A stretch of 56,834 nucleotides of DNA from Candidatus Poseidoniaceae archaeon (GCA_038125145.1 JAYPDK010000003.1:1-56834); one strand, 5' to 3'; positions 1-9,547 are shown, counted from the stretch's first letter. The notes: generated from the letters alone by a model not told the origin. Translations and numbers: made by a program.

Positions 1-17
1 CCTAAGAAACCGGGGGC

Positions 18-56
18 GGGGAGGCTTCGGCCTCCCCGTCTCCACCCTTTTTTTTT
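18..56 (+). terminator. Terminator-like element: 8-bp stem GGGGAGGC/GCCTCCCC with TTCG loop, then a T9 run 10 nt downstream
   Basis: Read directly at 18-37 (hairpin) and 48-56 (T9). Would serve a + strand gene ending upstream of the window; may also act on the convergent nadK transcript. Confidence 0.4.
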
Positions 57-116
57 CCAATTTCAGCGTGGGTAGCGGACACGCTCTGCGTGCCACCTTC
101 CAGCCAGGCACAATGC

Positions 117-989
117 TCAGCCGATGCGCTCGACCTTTTCGTCCATGGTGCGACGGAAGGTCAGCAAGGTGAGCGCCGGTCCTTTCGCGTCGACGGTGAC
201 CGTTGCGCCTCGGTTGAAGTGCACCTCGTCCCATCCGTCAGGAACCACGTACCCGCGGTGCATGTCGCTCACCACCACTGTTGGCTCACCGGTCCATGCC
301 AAGTGAGCCCACGGTCGAGCAGTTCGTTCGTCCTTCGAGAGGTCGCGAGCGAACACGAAGCAATGGTCGGTTCGTTCGTCGCGTGAGGCCTTGGCTCGTA
401 GTTCGTTCATGTGCCCTTCGGGTGCGGCGTGGCTCATCCATGCGTGTTGTCCGTACCACGTTGCGAACAGCAACCCACTCGACGATTGGACGACCGTGCT
501 CGTACCGCGACGCATCAGGTACTTGCTTGGTGCATACTGGTGGGTGTTGGCGACGAGCAGGTCGTTCAGGGCCGGGTCCGTGGTGTACCTGTTTCCCGAG
601 GTCGTGTCGATGATCGCCTGCAGCCGTGGAAGCCGGTTGACGATCGCAGACCCTTCGAGCACCCGGTCAAGGTCGTGCTTGAAGGTGGCAGGGTCGCTGT
701 CCATGTAGAATCCGACGCTGCCTTCAGGGTCGCCGTCGCGTGGGTGAGAGTTCACCCCCATGACCATGGTTTGGTCGTCGATGTTGTGGGAGATGCTCGT
801 CAACGTACCGTCGCCGCCGAGGACGATGACGAGGTCACGCCCGAGGAAATCCGCCCTCCGGACACGTTCACGCGGTCGAACTTCGGTGTGGACCACGCCT
901 GAACGTTCCTGCAGGGCTTCCTGGAGGCAAAGCAAGGCCCTGTCGTGCACCTCTTCGTGTGTTTTCTTGTAGACAAGCAACACGTGCAT
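117..989 (-). CDS. nadK: NAD(+) kinase
   Basis: GGDGT motif (VIVLGGDGTLTS) and NAD-kinase-like length. ORF track start at 1010 is GTG; the ATG at 989 (MHVLLVYKK) is preferred. Confidence 0.85.
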   Translation of the reverse strand: MHVLLVYKKTHEEVHDRALLCLQEALQERSGVVHTEVRPRERVRRADFLGRDLVIVLGGDGTLTSISHNIDDQTMVMGVNSHPRDGDPEGSVGFYMDSDPATFKHDLDRVLEGSAIVNRLPRLQAIIDTTSGNRYTTDPALNDLLVANTHQYAPSKYLMRRGTSTVVQSSSGLLFATWYGQHAWMSHAAPEGHMNELRAKASRDERTDHCFVFARDLSKDERTARPWAHLAWTGEPTVVVSDMHRGYVVPDGWDEVHFNRGATVTVDAKGPALTLLTFRRTMDEKVERIG

Positions 990-1077
990 GCTCGTCCCCT
1001 GTTGGGGCACGGCGGTTGTTCACTTGAACCCCGCTCAACAGCCGAACGTTCTTGGCGGACCTCCCCTTCACTGCGTC

Positions 1078-1695
1078 ATGGAATCCTCCCCATGGCCGAA
1101 CGAAGGGTCGGACGATGCCTCCAGCCCGGCTGCCTTTCAACAACCGTCGCACCTCTCCCTCAGCGGGCAGGTCAACTCCTTCGACGGTGGCGCTGCGCAA
1201 CAGATGCCGACGATGTTGTACGTGCAACCTCCGAGCGGTGCTGCCAAAATCATGGGGATTCTGATCGTCATCTACGGTGCCTTTGGACTGCTCGCTTCCG
1301 TTGGCGGTATTGCTGGCGCGAGTGTCCTTGAGGGCTTTCTCGCCGATGTCCCAGAGGGTGAACTTGGCTTCAATTCGGAAACGATGGCCAGTTATCTGTT
1401 CGTCAGCAGCCTCTTGGGCATCGTGACGGCGGTGCCAACCATCCTCGGTGGTGTATGGACCATGCAGTATCAGCGTCGAGGCGTCCATCTCGGCCTGCTG
1501 GCGGTTGGCGTTTCCTTCATCATCAACGTCGCGTTGACGTTCGCCTACTCGGAAATCACAGCGGCGGGCATCGGTGGCGTTGGCGGCGCGGTTATCTCAT
1601 CGTTGATTGGTTCAGGAATTTGCGGCCTGCTCGTGGCCGTGCCCCTGCTCGTCAGCGACAACGGTCTTGACGATTCATCGCTGTTCACACGTTGA
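1078..1695 (+). CDS. Hypothetical multi-pass membrane protein
   Basis: About four hydrophobic Gly/Ala/Val/Ile-rich segments. Start uncertain: ATG at 988 overlaps the nadK start head-to-head, so ATG 1078 or 1204 is more plausible. Confidence 0.5.
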   Translation: MESSPWPNEGSDDASSPAAFQQPSHLSLSGQVNSFDGGAAQQMPTMLYVQPPSGAAKIMGILIVIYGAFGLLASVGGIAGASVLEGFLADVPEGELGFNSETMASYLFVSSLLGIVTAVPTILGGVWTMQYQRRGVHLGLLAVGVSFIINVALTFAYSEITAAGIGGVGGAVISSLIGSGICGLLVAVPLLVSDNGLDDSSLFTR

Positions 1696-1702
1696 GGAAA
1701 CC

Positions 1703-1712
1703 TTCCTAAAGG
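1703..1712 (+). promoter_or_regulatory. TATA-like box TTCCTAAAGG, 30 nt upstream of ATG 1733
   Basis: AT-containing patch in GC-rich DNA at the spacing shared with the other boxes listed in the findings. Confidence 0.3.
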
Positions 1713-1732
1713 GTCGGTGTTGAATACACACC

Positions 1733-2020
1733 ATGTTCATGAGTTTGCTCACGTTCAGTGCCATCTGTGCGTGCCTCGGGACCGTCCTCGCTGTTGGCGC
1801 CATCGTCCTCGAGATGCGTGGCCTTCTTCATTCCAAAGGACATGCCTACCTTCTTGCGGTCGGGCTTGGTTCGGCCATGCTCGCTTTCCGAGCCTTTGTG
1901 GTCCGCGAACCTTCGTTTCTGATCCTTGAAGCCATCAAAACCTTCGCTGCGTTCTCTGCCGTCTTGCTCCCTCGTCGACCGTTCCTCACGGAACTGCTGC
2001 ACGACGTCGAAGCGCTCTGA
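1733..2020 (+). CDS. Small hypothetical membrane protein (95 aa)
   Basis: Two to three hydrophobic helices, ATG start, TATA-like box at -30. No recognisable family. Confidence 0.4.
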   Translation: MFMSLLTFSAICACLGTVLAVGAIVLEMRGLLHSKGHAYLLAVGLGSAMLAFRAFVVREPSFLILEAIKTFAAFSAVLLPRRPFLTELLHDVEAL

Positions 2021-2058
2021 CCGCGCACCTGAAGGGCCGGCTCAACGGTTCGTTCCTC

Positions 2059-2526
2059 ATGGGCACACGCATCGTGGGTCAAGCGGCCACCTACGTTGAG
2101 GAACTCTCGTTCACGACGGAAGAACGGGCATGCATTCTGTGCATCACGAATGAAGTGGAACGAATTGTACGCGAGAGCGCCATCGACGACGGTCTGGTGC
2201 TGGTCAACCCCATGCACATCACGGCCTCGGTGTACGTGAACGACCTGGAGCATGGCCTGCATCAGGACATCATGGCGTGGCTTGAGCGGCTCGCGCCTTT
2301 CCATGGTCCGGACGGCTACGAGGGCACGGAGTACCTCCACCACCGCACTGGGGAGGACAACGGTGACGCTCACCTCAAACGGCAACTCTTGGGCCAGCAG
2401 GTGACCATGCCGGTGCGCGACGGTCGTTTGCACCTTGGCACGTGGGAGCAGATCCATTACGCTGAATTTGACGGACAGCGAAAGAAGCGTGTCTTGGTCA
2501 AGGTCGTTGGGGTGATGCGCACATGA
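2059..2526 (+). CDS. yjbQ: YjbQ/UPF0047 family protein (secondary thiamine-phosphate synthase-like)
   Basis: Family-typical MHITASVYVND and HLKRQLLG segments; about 155 aa. Confidence 0.8.
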   Translation: MGTRIVGQAATYVEELSFTTEERACILCITNEVERIVRESAIDDGLVLVNPMHITASVYVNDLEHGLHQDIMAWLERLAPFHGPDGYEGTEYLHHRTGEDNGDAHLKRQLLGQQVTMPVRDGRLHLGTWEQIHYAEFDGQRKKRVLVKVVGVMRT

Positions 2527-3410
2527 GCGCAGCACAAAGCCCACCGCCAGAGCCATCGGGCATCGCCGCCGCTCTGGGCCTGCGCGTGACGGAGTGGCGT
2601 CCGGGGCACTGCAGCGTCGAGGTGGACGTCACACCGCTGCACTTGAACAAGGGCGGAGCAGCGCACGGTGGGCTCTTGACCACCATGCTGGACATGGCCC
2701 TCGGCGGGGCCCTCGTGGCGTCGCTGAAAGAAGAAGAATGGTGCGCAACAACCCAATTGGTGACCAGTTTTCTCGATGCTGCGAAGGTTGGAGACCGTCT
2801 GGTGGCCGAAGGGCGCGTCGTTCGCCGTGGTCGCCATGTGGCGCATCTGGCCGGACAGGTGCGGCGCGGGGACCGTGACGTTGCCTCGGCTTCTGGGACG
2901 TGGGCCGTTTGGTCCTCCCGACCTCCCTCCCTCGAACTACGGCGGGCGGATGCCCTGCTTGAGCGACTGGTTGCCTGCCATGGGCAAACGCTTGAGGGTG
3001 AAGGGTCGTGGCACTTCAATGGAACACGCGGGACGAGCGAATTGACGGTGGAGGTCACGGAATCGGTGGACGAAGCAAAGCAGCCCATCGTTGACGGGGC
3101 TGGCGCATTGACGCTGCGTGAAACCGTGTTCAGCGCCGAAGGAACGGTGGTGCACGTCGACACATCCACCTACGTTCGCGGCGAGGACGGACGCCTTCGT
3201 CTGCTCTTCTCCACGGGCGAAGGAACGGAGGAGGCGGTCGTCGAGGAAGGAGCATGTTCCATGCGTGTGGGGCCCGTCGGCGAGGACGGGCCAACCTGGC
3301 GGCACGGTCTGGACGAAGAAGGCCGTCTCAGCATGGACCTCTGGTTCTCGGGCAGCGCACAGGGCGGTCGACCGGACATCGCTTGGGCATACCGTTGGCC
3401 CAACAGTTGA
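2523..3410 (+). CDS. PaaI-type hotdog thioesterase fused to an uncharacterised ~150-aa C-terminal domain
   Basis: N-terminal half has the PaaI-like pattern (NKGGAAHGGLLTTMLDMALGGA ... GRHVAHLAGQV). ATGA overlap with the yjbQ stop. C-terminal half has no motif I recognise. Confidence 0.7.
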   Translation: MSAAQSPPPEPSGIAAALGLRVTEWRPGHCSVEVDVTPLHLNKGGAAHGGLLTTMLDMALGGALVASLKEEEWCATTQLVTSFLDAAKVGDRLVAEGRVVRRGRHVAHLAGQVRRGDRDVASASGTWAVWSSRPPSLELRRADALLERLVACHGQTLEGEGSWHFNGTRGTSELTVEVTESVDEAKQPIVDGAGALTLRETVFSAEGTVVHVDTSTYVRGEDGRLRLLFSTGEGTEEAVVEEGACSMRVGPVGEDGPTWRHGLDEEGRLSMDLWFSGSAQGGRPDIAWAYRWPNS

Positions 3411-3414
3411 TGAG
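3407..3414 (+). promoter_or_regulatory. TATA-like box TTGATGAG, 30 nt upstream of ATG 3437
   Basis: Same box and spacing as the other candidates; overlaps the stop codon of the preceding gene. Confidence 0.25.
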
Positions 3415-3436
3415 CGGGGCCTGACCCGTGCGGACC

Positions 3437-4657
3437 ATGGTCGAAGACGTGGTCGTTGTCGGTGGAGCACGAACCCCCTTCTGCGAATGGGTCGGTGGGA
3501 AGCGTGGCGACGGACGTCCTGGAGGGCGGCTGAAGTCGGTGAGCGCGCAGGACCTCGGCGCCACGGCCATCAAGGGAGCGCTGGAGCGCACCGGCACCTC
3601 GCCGTCGACCGTGGACCACGTGGTGATGGGCTATGCGCTGCAGACCTGTTCGCAGTCCATCTACGGGGCTCGGCATGCTGGTCTAAAGGCCGGCATCCCG
3701 CAGGAAACGCCGATGCTGACCCTGTCCCGCATCTGCGGCTCTGGCGTCCAATCCATCGTGACGGGGGCTCAAATGATCATGCTGGACGAGGCAGAGGTGG
3801 TCGTTGCCGGTGGGATGGAGAACCTTTCCCAAGCCCCCCATGTGCTTCGCGGAGCGCGTGACGGCTGGAGTTTGGGCCGGGCACCTCCCGTTGAGGATTA
3901 CATGATGACGAACCTGCAGGACATGACATGTGGCCTGTACATGGCGCAGACCTCCGATGAACTGTGTTCCCGAAAAGGGGTGACCAGGGAGGAGGTGGAC
4001 GCCTTTGCCGCCCTGTCCCACCAGCGAACGGAAGCGTCCATTGATGCCGGCGTCTTTGAGCAAGAGATCGTTCCTGTCACCATCGCGTCGCGGCGTGGTG
4101 AGGACGTGGTGACGCACGCGGACGAAGACCACGTGGTGCGGGGCACGACGGTTGGCTCCCTGTCCGGCCTCCGTCCAGCCTTTGGCGAAGGGTCGCTCGT
4201 CACCGCAGGCAACGCCTCTGGGGTCGTTGACGGCGCTGCTGCCGTGGTCATCAAGTCCGCTTCGCGCGCTGCTGCGGACGGCGATACACCGCTCGCGCGC
4301 ATCGTGAGTTGGGGCATCGTTGGTCTCGAGCCAGCCATCATGGCGTACGGTCCAGTTCCAGCGAGCAAAAAGGCGCTTGAAAAGGCAGGCCTTTCCGTCG
4401 GGGACATCGACCGATGGGAGATCAACGAAGCCTTTGCCGGTCAAGCAGTGGCCTGCATCAAGGACCTCGGCTTGGACGTCGAGAAGGTCAACGTCAACGG
4501 CGGGGCGGTCGGCCTTGGCCACCCGCTTGCGGCGACCGGCACGCGCTTGGTGCTCACCCTCGCATACGAACTGCAGCGGTGCGGGGGCCGCTACGGCGTG
4601 GCCACCGCATGCATCGGTGGAGGCCAAGGCATCGCGATGGTCATCGAGTCCCTGTAG
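3437..4657 (+). CDS. Acetyl-CoA C-acetyltransferase (thiolase)
   Basis: Thiolase signatures RICGSG (active-site Cys), NEAFA, NVNGGAVGLGHPLAATG, ACIGGGQG. The ORF also offers a GTG at 3428. Confidence 0.9.
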   Translation: MVEDVVVVGGARTPFCEWVGGKRGDGRPGGRLKSVSAQDLGATAIKGALERTGTSPSTVDHVVMGYALQTCSQSIYGARHAGLKAGIPQETPMLTLSRICGSGVQSIVTGAQMIMLDEAEVVVAGGMENLSQAPHVLRGARDGWSLGRAPPVEDYMMTNLQDMTCGLYMAQTSDELCSRKGVTREEVDAFAALSHQRTEASIDAGVFEQEIVPVTIASRRGEDVVTHADEDHVVRGTTVGSLSGLRPAFGEGSLVTAGNASGVVDGAAAVVIKSASRAAADGDTPLARIVSWGIVGLEPAIMAYGPVPASKKALEKAGLSVGDIDRWEINEAFAGQAVACIKDLGLDVEKVNVNGGAVGLGHPLAATGTRLVLTLAYELQRCGGRYGVATACIGGGQGIAMVIESL

Positions 4658-4662
4658 GTGGG

Positions 4663-5448
4663 ATGATGGATCCTTTCGTGCTCGTGCTCCTGATGCTGCT
4701 CGGTACAGCGGTGCTCTTCGCCCCTTTGGGCTTGGGGGGAGGGATGCTCTTTGTCCCCATCCTGCTGTATGTTGGTGGCTGGGAGGTGGCCTCGAGCACC
4801 TTCGTGATGTCCTTGACGTTGACCCTCTGTGTGTCGATTGGCTCGGGCTGGGTCCATCGTAAAGAGGGGCTCATGGACGGGGCCCTGATCCGAACGGCGG
4901 CCCCTGCGGCGATGGTCGGTGCTGCCCTTGGGGCGGTGGTCGTCAGCCTGCTCGGTGAGGCGCTTGACCCGGTGTTCAAAGGGCTCGCGATGGTTCTCGT
5001 CGGATGGGCGTGCGTCAAGACCTGGCGCAAGGTCCGAGGCAGGACGCCCCAACACACGGCAGGAGAGGTCCGCACGACCCCGCTTCGAGTCGGAGCAGGG
5101 TTCGGTGGTATGGCCAGCGCGGTCCTCGCCATCGGTGCAGGGGCGGTGTACATCCCGATCCTCAATCAATTCGGTGGGGTCAGCGACCGTCGTGCCATCG
5201 GCACCAGCCTTGGACTGATGGTGCTCGTCGTGCCGGTCGCCGTGGTCATGCATGCGAGCCTCTTCGAGGGGGCGTGGCCGCCGTTGTGGCAGATGATTTC
5301 TGCACCGATTGCCGTTGTCGTGGGGGCGGTCGTCGGAGCAAAGATTGGCCTAAAACTCCCAGATGCTGTTATTCTCAAGGTCTTCTTCGGATTGCTTCTC
5401 ATCATCTTTTGCAGGTACGCAACCGATGTCTTCGGAAGGTACGTTTGA
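4663..5448 (+). CDS. TauE/SafE family sulfite/anion exporter-like membrane protein
   Basis: LGLGGGMLFVPILLY N-terminal motif and a repeated half (AIGAGAVYIPIL). Start re-picked at ATG 4663 (MMDPF); the longer ORF overlaps the thiolase. Confidence 0.75.
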   Translation: MMDPFVLVLLMLLGTAVLFAPLGLGGGMLFVPILLYVGGWEVASSTFVMSLTLTLCVSIGSGWVHRKEGLMDGALIRTAAPAAMVGAALGAVVVSLLGEALDPVFKGLAMVLVGWACVKTWRKVRGRTPQHTAGEVRTTPLRVGAGFGGMASAVLAIGAGAVYIPILNQFGGVSDRRAIGTSLGLMVLVVPVAVVMHASLFEGAWPPLWQMISAPIAVVVGAVVGAKIGLKLPDAVILKVFFGLLLIIFCRYATDVFGRYV

Positions 5449-5472
5449 GCGGAATTCTCGCTCGGCCATCAA

Positions 5473-5481
5473 TTCATAAGG
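5473..5481 (+). promoter_or_regulatory. TATA-like box TTCATAAGG, 31 nt upstream of ATG 5504
   Basis: Read directly; same sequence and spacing recur at 15473 and elsewhere. Confidence 0.35.
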
Positions 5482-5503
5482 CACCTGCGGGCTCCGTTGA
5501 TTC

Positions 5504-6067
5504 ATGGAACCCATGACCATCGTTGCCATTGCCGCAGCCGTTGTGCTGCTCCTCTGGTTTGTGTCCACTTGGAACCGCCTTGTCCGTCTTGAGAAAGACG
5601 TCGACCGGTCGTGGTCCAACATCGACGTCATCCTCAAGCAGCGCTACGACATGATCCCGAACTTGGTCAACATTGTCAAGGGCTACGCAGAGCACGAGCG
5701 AGAGATTTTCGAGCAGTTTGCCGTTGCCCGCCAAGCCGCTGCTGGAGCCCTCGCTCAGAAGGACGTCGCCGGAGTTGTCGCGGCTGAGTCGACGCTCGCC
5801 GGCATGATGCCTCGCATCAACATGGTTGCTGAGCAGTACCCTGACCTCAAGGCGGACACGTCCTTCGTCAACCTGCAGAACCAACTCGTGGGTTTGGAGA
5901 ACCAGCTTGCGGACCGACGCGAGTTCTACAACGCCAGCGCGACGACCTTCAACGTCGCCATCGAGACGATCCCGACGAACATCGTTGCTGGCATCAAGTC
6001 CTGCTCCGAGCGCACCCTCTTCGAAGTGCAGGGCATCGAGCGAGAGAACGTGACGATTTCGTTCTGA
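5504..6067 (+). CDS. lemA: LemA family protein
   Basis: N-terminal TM followed by WNRLVRLEKDVDRSWSNIDVILKQRYDMIPNLV, typical of LemA. Confidence 0.85.
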   Translation: MEPMTIVAIAAAVVLLLWFVSTWNRLVRLEKDVDRSWSNIDVILKQRYDMIPNLVNIVKGYAEHEREIFEQFAVARQAAAGALAQKDVAGVVAAESTLAGMMPRINMVAEQYPDLKADTSFVNLQNQLVGLENQLADRREFYNASATTFNVAIETIPTNIVAGIKSCSERTLFEVQGIERENVTISF

Positions 6068-6089
6068 ACCGCTCTGACGAGGTCAAGGA

Positions 6090-7484
6090 ATGTACCTGCT
6101 GATTGGTTCAGGTGAGCCGTTGGCTCGCCTCGCAGCATGGTGTGCATCGTCGAGGCCCACGCGGGTGGTCCTGCTCGCAGCAGAGGTGCAGGACGCCGCA
6201 GGGTTGCAGGATTGCGACGTGATGGCGCTTCCCTCGCCGAGCTCTGTGGACGGACTGCCGTCGCTGCCCCGGGTGCCGAGCCTCATCGTTGTGCTGAACA
6301 CGCGTCCGCTGAGCGATGACAATGTTGCCGCAGCCCTCGCCGCACGTTGGCCGGGCGTTCCCATCATTGGACCCGTCGCTCCTGCAGATGGAGCGATGGT
6401 CGACGAGATTCGACCCGCAGACCTGTTGCTGAGCGCGGTGAAAGACCGCGTCCGCGCCCACGAACGTCATACCGGGGCGGCGGTGCTCGACGCACACTTC
6501 CGTGACCTCGAGCCAGGTTCCAAGGTGGCCATTTTCTGCCATGACAATCCTGACCCGGACGCGCTCGCAGCCGCCCTCGCGATGCAATGCTTGGCGGAAC
6601 ACCGAGGGCACCATGGGCGCATCTACCACGGCGGATTGGTCGAACACCATCAGAACCGAGCGATGGTGCAGTTGCTTGAGATCGAATTGACACGCGTGAT
6701 GATGGGCTGGGAAGTCAACGACGTCGTCAGCGAGGCCGATGCCATCGTCGCGGTGGACTTCCACCAGCCCGGTGCCAACAACATGCTCCCAACGGACGTG
6801 GTGCCCAACATCATCCTCGACCATCATACCGTGGAGGACCTGCCCGCAGCCGATGTCGCCATCGTTCATCCAGAATTTTCGGCGACGTCCTCCTTGGTGG
6901 CGAGTTTGCTTACGGCCCTGGACATGGACATGAACGCACGCCTTGCCACCGCGCTGGCCTTCGGGATCAGGACCGATACGCTTGGTTTCACGCGAGGCAT
7001 CAGTCCTGCGGACATCCGAGCCCTGTCGTGGTTGAACGCATGGGTTGACCACGACTTGATGCGGCGCATCGAATCCCCCCCTCGCTCGAAGGAGGCGCTC
7101 TCCGCCTTTGCCGAAGCCCTCGCATCGATGACGACGCACAACGGGGTTCTGTTGGCACCGGTGTTGCATTTGGCAGAGCGCGACGCGCTGGCCCAAATCG
7201 CAGATTTCCTGCTGGCCACGGAGGGAGTCGCCACCGTCGTGGTCTATGGGCCTCGGTTGAACCGAGTGATCCTCTCAGCGCGAACGAAGGACCAGGCCCT
7301 GCACCTCGGGCGACGCCTCGCTGCTGGTTTTCCAGAAGGGTCTGCTGGTGGGCACAAGGCGTTGGCCGGTGGGCAGGTCGGGTTCAAGCACCTCGTCGGG
7401 GACGAGCATGCTGAACCTGAGCAGGCGATGGACGCCATGACAACAACCCTGCGGGGGCTGCTCGGGGGCGCTGAGGATGAGTGA
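6090..7484 (+). CDS. DHH-family phosphoesterase with an N-terminal Rossmann/TrkA-N-like domain
   Basis: DHH-family motifs (IFCHDNPDPDALAAA; ILDHH; GGHKALAGG). The ~140-aa N-terminal extension starts MYLLIGSGEP. Confidence 0.75.
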   Translation: MYLLIGSGEPLARLAAWCASSRPTRVVLLAAEVQDAAGLQDCDVMALPSPSSVDGLPSLPRVPSLIVVLNTRPLSDDNVAAALAARWPGVPIIGPVAPADGAMVDEIRPADLLLSAVKDRVRAHERHTGAAVLDAHFRDLEPGSKVAIFCHDNPDPDALAAALAMQCLAEHRGHHGRIYHGGLVEHHQNRAMVQLLEIELTRVMMGWEVNDVVSEADAIVAVDFHQPGANNMLPTDVVPNIILDHHTVEDLPAADVAIVHPEFSATSSLVASLLTALDMDMNARLATALAFGIRTDTLGFTRGISPADIRALSWLNAWVDHDLMRRIESPPRSKEALSAFAEALASMTTHNGVLLAPVLHLAERDALAQIADFLLATEGVATVVVYGPRLNRVILSARTKDQALHLGRRLAAGFPEGSAGGHKALAGGQVGFKHLVGDEHAEPEQAMDAMTTTLRGLLGGAEDE

Positions 7485-8643
7485 AGCCCCCTACCTTGAC
7501 CTGAGCCCATCGTTGAGGATCCTTGGGACGGCACACGTGGCACGCTCCAGCGTGGAAGCGGTCCGTCACCACATTGAGGCCTTCGAGCCTGATGTTGTTG
7601 CGGTCGAACTCTGCCCCACGCGCCATGAGGCCTTGCGTTCTGACCGAAGGTTGGACCGCGAAGGTTTGCTCAAGGTCGTCAAAGAAGGCAAAGCACCGTT
7701 GGTCCTCCTTCAGTCGCTGCTGGCCGCTGAACAGCGACGCATGGGCCTCAGCGAGGGAGAACAGCCCGGCGCTGAACTCCTCGCAGCGGTGCAAGAAGCC
7801 GAGGCACGTGCGCTTGAGGTCGAACTCGTTGACCGGGACATCCAGACGACCCTCCGGCGAGCATGGCGCACGATGCGCATGCGTGAACGTGCCCGGTTGC
7901 TTTGGGCGCTGATTGCAGAAGAGGACGAGGAGGACGAAGCGCTCGATCTCGAAACGATGCTTGGCGATGGCGACCTGCTCAGTGACCTGCTCGACGAACT
8001 ACGGACCATTTCCCCGGGCGCTGGCAGGGTGTTGATCGACGAACGCGACGCGTACATTGCGGAAAAGGTTCGACGCCTTGAGGCACGAGGCCGCGTCCTT
8101 GTTGTCGTTGGCGCCGGCCACCTGCGTGGAATCGCACAGCGTTTGGATGAGGAACAAGGGCCTGAGGAAACGGACCTCGAACCGCTCGAACGGCTTCCTC
8201 AACCGGGATTCGCGCGCAAGGCGATGCCATGGGTGCTCCCTCTTGCCGTGCTGGGGCTTGTGGCATGGAACCTCTCCCGAGGCAGCGTCGACGAAGTCGT
8301 CGCCCTGCTCACGGTCTGGACCGCGGCCAACGCGGTGCTGGCGGCCCTTGGATGCCTCATTGCACGTGGTCATCCGCTTGCCGTGTTGACCGCCGCCCTT
8401 GCGTCGCCAATCACGTCCCTCAATCCCACGCTTGCCGCAGGATGGTTTGCCGGGTACGTTCAGATGCGGTTGGTCGAACCCACCGCCGAAGACCTGACCA
8501 CGTTCCTTCGTCTTGAGCGCGTGGGTGACTTCTGGAGCAACCGCGCTGGCCGTGTCCTGCTCGTCACAGCCCTCTCCAACCTTGGTTCGATGGCCGGAGC
8601 ATGGGTGGCGGCTGGCAGCTACGCTGGATGGCTCACCCTCTGA
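7477..8643 (+). CDS. TraB/PrgY-like family protein, C-terminally membrane-embedded
   Basis: ILGTAHVARSSVEAV...PDVVAVELC and VVGAGHLRG motifs; hydrophobic C-terminus. 8-nt overlap with the DHH gene. Confidence 0.8.
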   Translation: MSEAPYLDLSPSLRILGTAHVARSSVEAVRHHIEAFEPDVVAVELCPTRHEALRSDRRLDREGLLKVVKEGKAPLVLLQSLLAAEQRRMGLSEGEQPGAELLAAVQEAEARALEVELVDRDIQTTLRRAWRTMRMRERARLLWALIAEEDEEDEALDLETMLGDGDLLSDLLDELRTISPGAGRVLIDERDAYIAEKVRRLEARGRVLVVVGAGHLRGIAQRLDEEQGPEETDLEPLERLPQPGFARKAMPWVLPLAVLGLVAWNLSRGSVDEVVALLTVWTAANAVLAALGCLIARGHPLAVLTAALASPITSLNPTLAAGWFAGYVQMRLVEPTAEDLTTFLRLERVGDFWSNRAGRVLLVTALSNLGSMAGAWVAAGSYAGWLTL

Positions 8644-9532
8644 GCAGGAACGGTTGCATGGCGTGCAGCAGGTCTCGGTGCTCGCGCACGTCGTGGACCC
8701 GCAGGACATCGATGCCCTGCTGAACGGCGACCGCCGCAAGCCCGAGCGTGCCGGGCAAGCGTTCGGCTGCATCGTCGCGCCCAGTCAGGTGGCCGACAAT
8801 CGACTTTCGCGACACGCCCCAGAGGATCGGCCAACGGCCATCGTCGCGGAGGTCGTTCGCGCTCCTCAACAAGGCGAGGTTGTGCTCGTGCGTCTTTCCG
8901 AAGCCGATGCCCGGGTCAAGGCAGATCATCCCTGCTGGGTGACCACGCCGCACAAGATCGGTCGCGGTCGCATGAAGGGCGGCGTGAACTTCGGACACGA
9001 CATCATCGTAGGTGGCCTCGCGCTGCATGGTCGAAGGTGTGCCTTGCATGTGCATGATGCAAACGCCACATCCTGCGGCCAGCACGACGTCCACCATTGC
9101 AGGGTCACGAAGTCCGGAAACGTCGTTCACCATGTCTGCACCAGCGGCAATCGCTGCCGCCGCCACGTCGGGACGTCGGGTGTCGATGGACATCAAGACT
9201 TCCGGGAGCGCCCGACGGAGCCCGGCGATGACGTCAACCACCCTGCGTTGTTCCACCTCCACAGGGACGGGCGCTGCACCTGGACGAGTGGATTCCCCGC
9301 CGATGTCAAGCCACGTTGCCCCTTCGTGCACCATCCTCAACCCTCGCTCAACGGCATCGTCGCCCGAAACGCGCGATGCCGCGTGGAAGGAATCCGGGGT
9401 GACGTTCAGGATCCCCATCAGGCGTGGGAGGCCCTCGGCCTGCTTCCTCAAGGCGTCCGCCACACGCGCTCGGCGGGCCGGGGCGACCGCAGGGACGGAG
9501 GACACCGGTCGGCCCCCGCCGAGAGCCTTCAT
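8633..9532 (-). CDS. folP: Dihydropteroate synthase
   Basis: GILNVTPDSF, DIGGESTRPG, DPGIGFGK motifs. Start re-picked at ATG 9532 (MKALGGG); an internal Met at 9418 is an alternative. The longer 671-aa ORF is an artefactual extension. Confidence 0.9.
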   Translation of the reverse strand: MKALGGGRPVSSVPAVAPARRARVADALRKQAEGLPRLMGILNVTPDSFHAASRVSGDDAVERGLRMVHEGATWLDIGGESTRPGAAPVPVEVEQRRVVDVIAGLRRALPEVLMSIDTRRPDVAAAAIAAGADMVNDVSGLRDPAMVDVVLAAGCGVCIMHMQGTPSTMQREATYDDVVSEVHAALHATATDLVRRGHPAGMICLDPGIGFGKTHEHNLALLRSANDLRDDGRWPILWGVSRKSIVGHLTGRDDAAERLPGTLGLAAVAVQQGIDVLRVHDVREHRDLLHAMQPFLLRG

Positions 9533-9547
9533 AAGGAGGTAGGAGGA

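Noticed and set aside
988-1077. ATG 988 as the start of the membrane protein.
   Set aside because: It overlaps the nadK ATG (989) head-to-head as CATG, leaving no promoter space. The first 30 residues are not signal- or TM-like. The start remains uncertain (1078 or 1204).
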